This document shows, in pieces, positions 1 through 8,340 of a stretch of DNA of 62,267 bases. Position 1 is the stretch's first letter; every line of letters starts with the position of its first letter. The notes under the pieces were generated by a model. The model had not been told where the DNA came from, made no database searches, and was given only the letters and a program-made list of their open reading frames with translations. The stretch covers positions 1 through 62,267 of the forward strand of contig JAFYRT010000015.1 of assembly GCA_017546805.1 (NCBI GenBank), given 5' to 3'. The translations under genes and the position numbers were made by a program. This DNA comes from Muribaculaceae bacterium. GTDB taxonomy: Bacteria; Bacteroidota; Bacteroidia; Bacteroidales; G3-4614.

Positions 1-377
1 AAATAAATTTTAGGTCATATCCTTTTTGTTATTAAACAACTAAATTAAATTGACTCGCCTACGCTCGTCGATTTATAGCGGGGCATGTTAAGGACAATAT
101 CTTTGCGTGAACGACTGCCCTCATTGAGTTCCTCAAAAAAAAGACTGCAGCAAGGATATTCCCTTAAAATAAATTTTAGGTCATATCCCTACTGCAGTCT
201 TTGCTTTTTGTTAACACAAAAAAAAGGGCAGTCGCTCACGCGATATGGCCCTTCATCAAATTTAAATTCATCACATTATGCTTATTAAAGTGCTGTTTAC
301 GCTCACGCGTAAGTTTTGAAAGTGTAGTTTGTTTGTCTGTTTGGTTTTATTTGTCTTTTATATTATAAACAACCTAT

Positions 378-971
378 TTATAAAATTGTTCGATTGTTGT
401 ATCTTTTTTCTATAATATCCCAATTTAATATCATCCAAAGTGCCGAAAGATGTTCGGCTCTAAGATTTTGGTAATCGAGATAGTATGCGTGTTCCCACAC
501 ATCAAAAGTTAGTAGCGGAATTCGTTTTTTAAGAATTGGGTTGTCGGCATTAGAACATTTGTCTATTTGTAAATTGCCATCAACATCGGCAGATAACCAT
601 ACCCAGCCCGATCCGAATATGTTTATCCCCTCCATAACAAATCGCTCTTTAAACCCTATCTCGCTTCCAAAATCTCGTTCAATGGCAGCTCTTAAATCGC
701 CTTTAAGACGGCTGTTCCTTCCATCTGTAAATTGCTCAAAGTAGAAGATGTGGTTCCATGCTTGTGCTGCATTGTTAAATATAGCCCCTTCGCTGTTTTT
801 TATAATCTCCACTAACGATTTCCCGTTGAGAGGCGAATTTTCAATAAGTTTGTTTAGATTATCAAAATAGGCTTTTGTATGTTTACCATAATGATAACCT
901 ATAGTTTTTTTACTTATAACAGGAGCAAGAGCATCTTCTCCAAAAGGTAACGAAGGAAGAGAGTATTTCAT
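378..971 (-). CDS. sod: Fe/Mn superoxide dismutase
   Basis: HYGKH, FNNAAQAWNH, GSGWVW and DVWEHAYY motifs. Confidence 0.95.
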   Translation of the reverse strand: MKYSLPSLPFGEDALAPVISKKTIGYHYGKHTKAYFDNLNKLIENSPLNGKSLVEIIKNSEGAIFNNAAQAWNHIFYFEQFTDGRNSRLKGDLRAAIERDFGSEIGFKERFVMEGINIFGSGWVWLSADVDGNLQIDKCSNADNPILKKRIPLLTFDVWEHAYYLDYQNLRAEHLSALWMILNWDIIEKRYNNRTIL

Positions 972-1076
972 AGTATTATGTTTTTGTCATCATAACATCT
1001 CAAGTGGTAAAATAGTTCAAAAAATTATTGTTAATAACTATTTTTATAGTCAACATTATTATTCAATCTTATTTCT

Positions 1077-1084
1077 TATCTTTG
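1077..1084 (+). promoter_or_regulatory. Bacteroidetes sigma-70 -7 element (TAnnTTTG) upstream of uvrD
   Basis: TATCTTTG about 22 nt before the ATG. Confidence 0.55.
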
Positions 1085-1106
1085 TGGATATTGTAAAAAA
1101 TAAGAT

Positions 1107-3431
1107 ATGCAACCTTTAGATTTAAACAACTTAAACGAAAGTCAACGTAATGCAGTGGAGTTTTGCGATGGTGTTTCGCTTGTGATAGCCGGAGCAGGGT
1201 CGGGTAAAACACGCGTGCTTACACATAAAATTGCATATCTTTTGAATATGGGATATTCGCCATATTCAATTCTTGCATTAACCTTTACCAATAAGGCGGC
1301 AGACGAGATGAAAGCTCGTATTGCCACAATGATAGGAGGAGATGTGGCATCTCGAATATGGGCAGGAACATTTCACTCAATATTTTTGCGAATACTTCGC
1401 CCTTATGCAAACCGCTTGGGCTTTCCCTCAGATTTTACAATATATGATAGCTCCGACTCTCGCAGTCTAATAACCTCTATCATAAAGGAGATGAAGCTCG
1501 ACGATAAGGTATATAAACCTCGTAGTATAGCATCAATCATATCAAAAGCCAAGAATGCACTTATAACCCCCAATTCCTATGCATCAAACAGAGAGATAGT
1601 AGAGGACGACTTCAGGGCAAAGCGACCGGCAACAAAAGATATATACAGAGCCTATTGCGAGCGATGTCATCGAGCAGGAGCAATGGATTTTGATGACATA
1701 TTGTTATATACGAATATCCTTTTCCGCGATCATCCCGATGTAGTGGACCATTATGGCGAGATTTTCCGATATGTTTTGGTCGATGAGTATCAGGATATAA
1801 ACTTTGCGCAACACTTAATCGTAAAACAGATAGTAAAACGTTGCGGAAGATTGTGTGTGGTAGGAGACGATGCACAAAGCATATACTCATTCCGAGGTGC
1901 AAATATCAGCAATATTCTTAACTTGCAAAACGAATATGCGGGATGCAGAATATTCAAATTGGAGCAGAACTATCGCTCAACACAAATGATAGTGAATGCA
2001 GCCAACAGTCTAATTGCAAAAAACAAAGGGCAGATACCCAAAAATATATTCTCAGAGAATGAGAAGGGCGAGAAGGTAAAACTTGTAAAATCATATTCCG
2101 ATTACGAGGAGGCATATATGGTTGCAGGCTCAATAAGTGAGGTGCATTTACGATATGGCGATTCATATAACAATTTTGCAATACTTTACCGAACAAACGC
2201 ACAATCTCGAATATTTGAGGAGGCACTTCGTAAAAGAAATATCCCATATCGTATTTACGGAGGCATATCGTTTTATCAACGCAAGGAGATAAAAGATGTA
2301 ATAGCATATATTCGTATGGTACTGAATCCAAGTGACGAGGAGGCGTTAAAGCGAATAATAAACTATCCGGCAAGAGGTATTGGCGATACAACCGTAGGTA
2401 AGATAGCAGAGGCGGCAACGCTTCACTCACAAACCCTATGGACAATACTTTGCAATCCGCTTGAGTATGGAGTAAAAATAAATTCGGGAACACAATCAAA
2501 ACTAAAAACATTCTCAACGCTTATTGAGGAGTTGCAACAAGATGTGGCTGAGTTGGATGCTGCAGAATTTGTTGAAAAACTAATACGTAAAACAGGAATA
2601 TTTGCCGATGTATATGTCGATAAACTCCCCGAAAATATCAGCAAACAGGAGAACTTACAAGAGCTATTGAATGGTATAGTTGAGTTTTGCGATAACAGAA
2701 AAGAGAGTGGAGAGAGTGCAACAATAACAGATTTTCTTTCGGAAGTGTCGCTTGCAACCGACCAAGATAAAGGAGATGAGGCCGAGATTGATAAGGTAAC
2801 TCTGATGACTGTGCATGCAGCAAAAGGATTGGAGTTCGCAAACATATATATAGTTGGATTGGAGGAGAATCTCTTCCCCTCGTCAATGAGTATGGAAACG
2901 ATGAGCGAGTTGGAGGAGGAGCGTCGACTATTCTATGTGGCAATAACCCGTGCTGAAAAACGATGCACATTGTCGTATGCAGTATCGCGTTATCGCAACG
3001 GACAAACTACCGCTTCGCCACCAAGCCGATTTATAAAAGATTTGGATTTTCAATATATAAACGATACAACAGGCAGCTCGCAATTCCGCGAAGTGACAGT
3101 TTCACAACAACCAAGGGTACAAGTCATTAGACCGCAATCTACATTTGGAGGAGTGTCGTATAACACAACCGAGAGAGAAGAACCAAAACAAAACCTACGC
3201 TCAATGCGTTCGGCAATATATACGCAATCTCCCAAAACAGATGTTGAGTCAAAGACAAACGATGCGACACTACAAGTGGGTTCTCACATACGTCACGACC
3301 GCTTTGGAGAGGGTGAAGTATTATCAATGTCCGGAGTCGGAGATAACAGAAAAATTGAAGTGGAATTTAAAAATGTCGGTAAAAAGACACTATTGCTTAA
3401 ATTTGCACGATATACTATAATTAGTTGTTAG
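1107..3431 (+). CDS. uvrD: UvrD/PcrA ATP-dependent DNA helicase
   Basis: AGAGSGKT Walker A, LVDEYQD, VGDDAQSIYSFRGA, HAAKGLEF, EEERRLFYVAITRA, C-terminal Tudor-like tail. Confidence 0.93.
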   Translation: MQPLDLNNLNESQRNAVEFCDGVSLVIAGAGSGKTRVLTHKIAYLLNMGYSPYSILALTFTNKAADEMKARIATMIGGDVASRIWAGTFHSIFLRILRPYANRLGFPSDFTIYDSSDSRSLITSIIKEMKLDDKVYKPRSIASIISKAKNALITPNSYASNREIVEDDFRAKRPATKDIYRAYCERCHRAGAMDFDDILLYTNILFRDHPDVVDHYGEIFRYVLVDEYQDINFAQHLIVKQIVKRCGRLCVVGDDAQSIYSFRGANISNILNLQNEYAGCRIFKLEQNYRSTQMIVNAANSLIAKNKGQIPKNIFSENEKGEKVKLVKSYSDYEEAYMVAGSISEVHLRYGDSYNNFAILYRTNAQSRIFEEALRKRNIPYRIYGGISFYQRKEIKDVIAYIRMVLNPSDEEALKRIINYPARGIGDTTVGKIAEAATLHSQTLWTILCNPLEYGVKINSGTQSKLKTFSTLIEELQQDVAELDAAEFVEKLIRKTGIFADVYVDKLPENISKQENLQELLNGIVEFCDNRKESGESATITDFLSEVSLATDQDKGDEAEIDKVTLMTVHAAKGLEFANIYIVGLEENLFPSSMSMETMSELEEERRLFYVAITRAEKRCTLSYAVSRYRNGQTTASPPSRFIKDLDFQYINDTTGSSQFREVTVSQQPRVQVIRPQSTFGGVSYNTTEREEPKQNLRSMRSAIYTQSPKTDVESKTNDATLQVGSHIRHDRFGEGEVLSMSGVGDNRKIEVEFKNVGKKTLLLKFARYTIISC

Positions 3432-3524
3432 TTGTTAGTTGCGTTCGCAAATTCGTTAATATAAAAAATACCAATTTGTCTAATTGGTCTTATTGGACTA
3501 ATTAGAATAATAAAAAAATATAAG

Positions 3525-4658
3525 ATGAAAAGAGAAGAAATTCCTTCACCCTCGTTTGTACTTGAAGAGGAGAAGTTTCGTAAAAACCTTGCACTCATTC
3601 GTTCGGTAAAAGAGCGAGCAGGAGTAGATATAATAATGGCATTCAAAGCATTTGCCCTTTGGAAAGTATTTGATGTGGTACGCGAATATATCCCTTATAC
3701 AACAGCAAGCTCGCTATCCGAAGCGCGTCTTGCATATGAGGAGATGAAGTCGTATGCACACACCTACGCACCAGTATATAGCAATGAGGAGTTTCCCGAA
3801 ATTCTCTCTTGCAGTAGCCATATAACATTTAACTCGCTAACCCAATACGAACATTTCCGTTCACAAATAGAGGTATCGGAGCGTCATATATCATGCGGTG
3901 TACGTATTAACCCTGAATATTCACAAGTCGAAACCGACCTTTACAACCCTTGTGCTCCCGGTTCACGTCTTGGAGTAACAGCTGATAAGATGAAACAGCT
4001 CCCCGAGGGTATCGAGGGATTGCATTGCCATACATTGTGTGAGTCCGACTCATATATGTTGGCAAACGTATTGGAGAAGGTTGAGGAGCGATTTGGACAT
4101 CTATTGCCTCAAATAAAGTGGTTGAATATGGGAGGAGGGCACTTAATGACTCGCGAGGGATATGATACTGAACACCTAATATTATTGCTTCAAAACTTCA
4201 AAGCAAAATACCCTAACTTGCAAATAATATTGGAGCCGGGCAGTGCCTTTGCTTGGCGAGCAGGATACCTAAAATCAACAATTCTTGACATTGTTGAGAA
4301 CCGAGGAATTCGTACCCTTATGCTAAACGTATCGTTTGCATGTCACATGCCCGACTGTTTGGAGATGCCTTACCGCCCCGAAGTGGTAGGAGCGCACGTC
4401 CCTCACGGTGGCGAAACAGTTTATCGTTTAGGTGGAAACTCTTGCCTTAGTGGCGACTTTGTAGGTGATTACGCCTTTGACAAGGAACCACAAATTGGCG
4501 ATACAATCATTCTGTGCGATATGATGCACTATACAACAGTTAAAACAACAATGTTCAACGGAGTGTCGCATCCATCAATCGTGTGGGAAGCCGAAGACGG
4601 AACAGCAACCATACTCCGCCAATTCGGTTACGAGGATTATAAAAATAGAATGAGTTGA
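3525..4658 (+). CDS. nspC: carboxynorspermidine decarboxylase
   Basis: AFKAF PLP lysine, LYNPCAPGSRLG, NMGGGH, HMPDCLEMPY, YTTVKTTMFNG. Confidence 0.92.
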   Translation: MKREEIPSPSFVLEEEKFRKNLALIRSVKERAGVDIIMAFKAFALWKVFDVVREYIPYTTASSLSEARLAYEEMKSYAHTYAPVYSNEEFPEILSCSSHITFNSLTQYEHFRSQIEVSERHISCGVRINPEYSQVETDLYNPCAPGSRLGVTADKMKQLPEGIEGLHCHTLCESDSYMLANVLEKVEERFGHLLPQIKWLNMGGGHLMTREGYDTEHLILLLQNFKAKYPNLQIILEPGSAFAWRAGYLKSTILDIVENRGIRTLMLNVSFACHMPDCLEMPYRPEVVGAHVPHGGETVYRLGGNSCLSGDFVGDYAFDKEPQIGDTIILCDMMHYTTVKTTMFNGVSHPSIVWEAEDGTATILRQFGYEDYKNRMS

Positions 4659-4950
4659 TTAATAGTTGTTAGTTTTTAGTTGTTAGTTGTCAGCAAACGA
4701 CTTTAATGACACTAAATACCTAATACAAGTAACACTCTCAGATAATAGATTGAACCTTTTGTTAAGCAAAAAAATATTAATACTTTTGCAATAACAAGAA
4801 TATACAAATTATGAATTAATTACTAATTACTAATTTCTAATTGTGGCTTTAGTCACGAACTAATTAATATAGATTGCCTATGAAACATTAGCGTATAGTT
4901 GATACGCACATCTTGAACATATTGGAAAAAGCGTTTTAGCTTTATTCTTT

Positions 4951-5099
4951 CTCTTGCGAAAGTTTGGCGACTTAAAGACAACCTGAAAGAATAACGATAA
5001 AATGCTCACGTTTATACGTGGGCTTTTAGTTATTTGCAGGTTAGGGTTACGCCAAACACCCCGCGAGAGCAGATATGCTAAAAGTTCCGCGTTTTTTTT
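4951..5099 (+). promoter_or_regulatory. structured leader / attenuator-like element, copy 1
   Basis: Nested pairings CTCTTGCG/CGCGAGAG, GTTTGGCG/CGCCAAAC, AACCTG/CAGGTT, AATAAC/GTTATT, GCTCACG/CGTGGGC, then a segment complementary to the tip followed by a T tract. Confidence 0.65.
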
Positions 5100-5159
5100 G
5101 TGTGCGCATTTGAACATTATATTTAAGGAACTATAGATAATAATATAACAACAATAATT

Positions 5160-5663
5160 ATGCAAAAAAAATACACGAAACACATTTTGATGATGTTGTT
5201 GGTATTCATACCATTTATAGGCATTAAAGCCACTGACTATATGAATGTCTATCTTACATCGCAAGGCTCATTTCAATCTATCAATATAGATGAAATAGAC
5301 AAAATCACCTTCCCCTCTGAAGATGAAGTAAACATCACCATATCGGGTATGGCAACCCCAATGGCAATAGATAATATCGAAGTCATCACCTTTGGCAATA
5401 CCAATATCACCGCCATAGAGGAGAGTGAAGCCAAAGTTGCCGAAATAGATATAACCTACTTAAAAGAAAGCGGTGAGATAAAAGTAACCACACCCGAGGC
5501 AATCAATCTTGTACACCTATACAATATGCAAGGAGTATTGATGCAAACACAAGCACCAAATACCACAGTTGCAACACTCAATGTAGGCGGCTGTCCAAGT
5601 GGAATATATATAGTAGCAGTACAATCAAACGGAAAAACAGAGATAAAGAAGATTATAAAATAG
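5160..5663 (+). CDS. small secreted protein with T9SS C-terminal sorting domain
   Basis: Signal peptide, two I-D-x-I-x-x-I-T-F repeats, C-terminal LYNMQG...GIYIVAV...KKIIK typical of type A CTD. Confidence 0.8.
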   Translation: MQKKYTKHILMMLLVFIPFIGIKATDYMNVYLTSQGSFQSINIDEIDKITFPSEDEVNITISGMATPMAIDNIEVITFGNTNITAIEESEAKVAEIDITYLKESGEIKVTTPEAINLVHLYNMQGVLMQTQAPNTTVATLNVGGCPSGIYIVAVQSNGKTEIKKIIK

Positions 5664-5750
5664 TTGAGGAACATTCGTTCCTCGAACCCGCTATCGTTCG
5701 GCATAATTTAATAAACTAAACTATGCTCTCACTTAATTGCGGCTTTGTTA
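5662..5750 (+). repeat. intergenic hairpin repeat family A
   Basis: AGTTGAGGAACATTCGTTCCTCGAACC is identical to 6667-6693 and is followed by the family core ...CGG-stem-AATAAA-stem-CTCTCRCTTA. Confidence 0.7.
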
Positions 5751-5871
5751 GTTTTTAGTTGTACGGTACTTCGTACCTTAGTTTTTAGCAAATAAAGACT
5801 CTAACAACTAACAACTACCCGCAGGGCGGCAGAGTTTTGCGATGCCGACAACAAACAACTCAAAAAAAAGA

Positions 5872-6645
5872 ATGATGAAAACAAGACTAATCACATTGCT
5901 AATAGCAATAACAACTATAATAGGTAGTGCTTATGCACAAAAGAAAATAGAAGTATATAAAAATGGAGAAGTAGTATATAGTGAATATATTACAGATATA
6001 GATAGTATAAAATTTAAAGAGCAAACAGCGCCTCTGCCCAATACCGAAAACGGACACGAATATGTTGATCTTGGATTGCCTTCAGGAATTAAATGGGCAA
6101 CCTGTAATGTGGGAGCAAATTCACCCGAGGAGTATGGCGATTACTTTGCATGGGGCGAAACCGAGCCAAAAGATTATTATTCTTGGAGTACCTACAAATA
6201 TTGTAATGGTTCATATGATACAATAACCAAATATTGTACAAATTCAAAATATGGCACAGTAGATAATAAAACAACCCTTGAACTCTCAGACGATGCTGCT
6301 CGTGTAAATTGGGGAGGCAGTTGGCGCATGCCAACAAGAGCAGAACAAGATGAATTAGAAAATACCTCAAATTGTACATGGATATGGACCACACAAAACG
6401 GAGTAAAAGGATATAAGGTAACAAGCGTAAAGAACGGTAACTCCATATTTCTTCCTGCGGCGGGCCTTCTCGGCGGCGACGATCTCGACGTTGCAGGCGA
6501 CCTCGGCCGCTTCTGGTTGAATTCGCTCGACCCGACCCCGAACCGCTGCTACAACGCCTCCAACATGGCCTTCAATTCGTTCAACGCGTCCGGGACCTAC
6601 GAATACCGTTACTACAGGCGGTCTGTCCGCGCAGTCTGCGAGTAG
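5872..6645 (+). CDS. exported protein with C-terminal CLec-fold (DUF1566/Fib_succ_major-like) domain; putative DGR target 1
   Basis: Start probably at MMKTR (ORF track starts at 5842); signal peptide; HEYVDLGLPSGIKWATCNVGA...GDYFAWGE...WRMPT...IFLPAAG...SVRAVCE; GC-rich 3' end. Confidence 0.85.
   Translation: MMKTRLITLLIAITTIIGSAYAQKKIEVYKNGEVVYSEYITDIDSIKFKEQTAPLPNTENGHEYVDLGLPSGIKWATCNVGANSPEEYGDYFAWGETEPKDYYSWSTYKYCNGSYDTITKYCTNSKYGTVDNKTTLELSDDAARVNWGGSWRMPTRAEQDELENTSNCTWIWTTQNGVKGYKVTSVKNGNSIFLPAAGLLGGDDLDVAGDLGRFWLNSLDPTPNRCYNASNMAFNSFNASGTYEYRYYRRSVRAVCE
6466..6645 (+). other. DGR variable region VR1 with IMH-like 3' end
   Basis: Abrupt GC-rich shift, NNC/NNT codons, and differences from the paralog at 61428-61601 concentrated in codon positions 1-2. 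Confidence 0.8.
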
Positions 6646-6666
6646 AAATTAAACATGTTTAATTTC

Positions 6667-6757
6667 AGTTGAGGAACATTCGTTCCTCGAACCTGCTCAT
6701 GCTCGGTAGTGCTTAAATAAATTTATCATTACTCTCGCTTATTCGCAGATTTGTTAG
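6667..6757 (+). repeat. intergenic hairpin repeat family A
   Basis: Homologous to 5662-5750 and 38825-38885; preceded by a perfect 22-bp palindrome at 6645-6666. Confidence 0.7.
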
Positions 6758-6890
6758 TTGAACGAGGGTGATTCTTTTGATACTTTTGTGTCATACTTAT
6801 TAGCCTAAATGCTCTAATAAGACCTAATGACTCAATTGACCTTATAATCCTGATTGTCTTCTTAAAAGATAATTTTATATGATAATACAC

Positions 6891-6924
6891 AAAAAACCAT
6901 TGCTTTTTATGGCAATGGTTTTTT
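6891..6924. terminator. bidirectional intrinsic terminator between target 1 and recA
   Basis: AAAAAACCATTGC-loop-GCAATGGTTTTTT. Confidence 0.75.
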
Positions 6925-6987
6925 CATAACTACCAATAAAAATTTATATAATTCGCTATTAACTATATTAATAAGCCTATCTTTGTT

Positions 6988-7047
6988 GATTTTGCTCTCG
7001 CCAACAATGCACAAATAAATGCATTGTATTCGCTTAATCACAAAATT
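6988..7047 (+). repeat. degenerate family A repeat
   Basis: GCTCTCGC..CAATGC-ACAAATAAAT-GCATTG..TTCGCTTAATCACAAAATT aligns to 38825-38885. Confidence 0.55.
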
Positions 7048-7073
7048 CCTAATTTCTAATTCCTCATTCCTAA

Positions 7074-8093
7074 TTATTTTTTTATCGCCTCCATAATCAA
7101 ACCTTCCAACTCCTCTGCAAGTTCGGGATTATCCATAACCATACGTTTTGCAGCGTCGCGTCCTTGACCAAGTTTAGTGTCGCCGTAAGCAAACCAAGAA
7201 CCGCTTTTCTTAATAATACCATACTCAACACCAAGGTCAATTATCTCTCCCGATTTAGAGATACCTTCGCCAAACATAATGTCGAACTCTGCTTTGCGGA
7301 ATGGGGGAGCAACTTTGTTCTTAACAATTTTAACACGAGTTTGGTTACCAATAACATCCTCGCCATCTTTAATTTGAGATACTCTGCGAATGTCTATACG
7401 AACTGAAGAGTAGAACTTCAATGCGTTACCACCTGTTGTAGTTTCGGGGTTACCGAACATAACACCAATTTTTTCGCGCAATTGGTTGATGAATATACAA
7501 GTTGTGTTTGTTTTGCTGATTGTTGAAGTAAGTTTACGCAAAGCCTGGCTCATCAAGCGAGCTTGCAAACCTACGCGGTTGTCGCCCATATCACCCTCCA
7601 ACTCTGCTTTAGGAGTAAGAGCCGCAACAGAGTCAATAACAACAATGTCAACTGCCGACGATCTGATTAGTTGGTCGGCAATCTCCAATGCTTGCTCTCC
7701 ACTGTCGGGCTGAGAAATCCAAAGATTTTCAACGTCAACACCAAGTTTTTCGGCATAGAAACGGTCGAATGCATGCTCAGCGTCAATGATTGCTGCAATA
7801 CCACCATTTTTTTGAGCTTCGGCAATGGCGTGGATGGCCAATGTTGTTTTACCTGATGATTCGGGACCATATATTTCAATAACTCTTCCTCTTGGATAAC
7901 CTCCAACGCCAAGTGCGGCGTTGAGAGCAATTGAACCTGTTGATATAACGGCAACCTCTTCAACCATATCGTCGCCAAGTTTCATGATAGAACCTTTTCC
8001 GTAGCTTTTCTCAATTTTGTCCATTGCTGCTCTAAGAGCTTTAAGTTTATCCTCAGAGACTGTAACTTTTACTTTTTTCTCTTCGCTTTCCAT
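7074..8093 (-). CDS. recA: recombinase RecA
   Basis: [40 protein letters not shown]. Confidence 0.99.
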   Translation of the reverse strand: MESEEKKVKVTVSEDKLKALRAAMDKIEKSYGKGSIMKLGDDMVEEVAVISTGSIALNAALGVGGYPRGRVIEIYGPESSGKTTLAIHAIAEAQKNGGIAAIIDAEHAFDRFYAEKLGVDVENLWISQPDSGEQALEIADQLIRSSAVDIVVIDSVAALTPKAELEGDMGDNRVGLQARLMSQALRKLTSTISKTNTTCIFINQLREKIGVMFGNPETTTGGNALKFYSSVRIDIRRVSQIKDGEDVIGNQTRVKIVKNKVAPPFRKAEFDIMFGEGISKSGEIIDLGVEYGIIKKSGSWFAYGDTKLGQGRDAAKRMVMDNPELAEELEGLIMEAIKK

Positions 8094-8219
8094 ATTCTAT
8101 ATTTTTTAAATTTTACATTTATATATTGTTTCTCTCTCGTTTCTGATGCAAATATACTATCCTGTATATGCCAAAACATTGCACATATAATATTTTTTTT
8201 GAGAGAAAAACTCTTTTTT

Positions 8220-8340
8220 AATTAGAAATGAGGTATTAGTACGTTGCTTAAGCAATAATTAGTTCGCGACTTTGTCGCAATTAGAAATTAATTGATAATA
8301 AAAAAATCATTCCTAATTTCTAATTCCTAATTCCTAATTT
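8220..8340. repeat. AATTAGG/AATTAGA heptamer repeat cluster with small hairpin
   Basis: Inverted arrays aattagaaat... and ...ttcctaatttctaattcctaatt around GCGACTTTGTCGC. Confidence 0.6.

Noticed and set aside
85-288. 67-aa ORF at the window start
   Set aside because: Runs through inverted repeats and has no protein-like features; treated as non-coding
4878-5264. 128-aa minus-strand ORF
   Set aside because: Overlaps the structured leader and the T9SS gene and has no recognisable motifs; likely spurious
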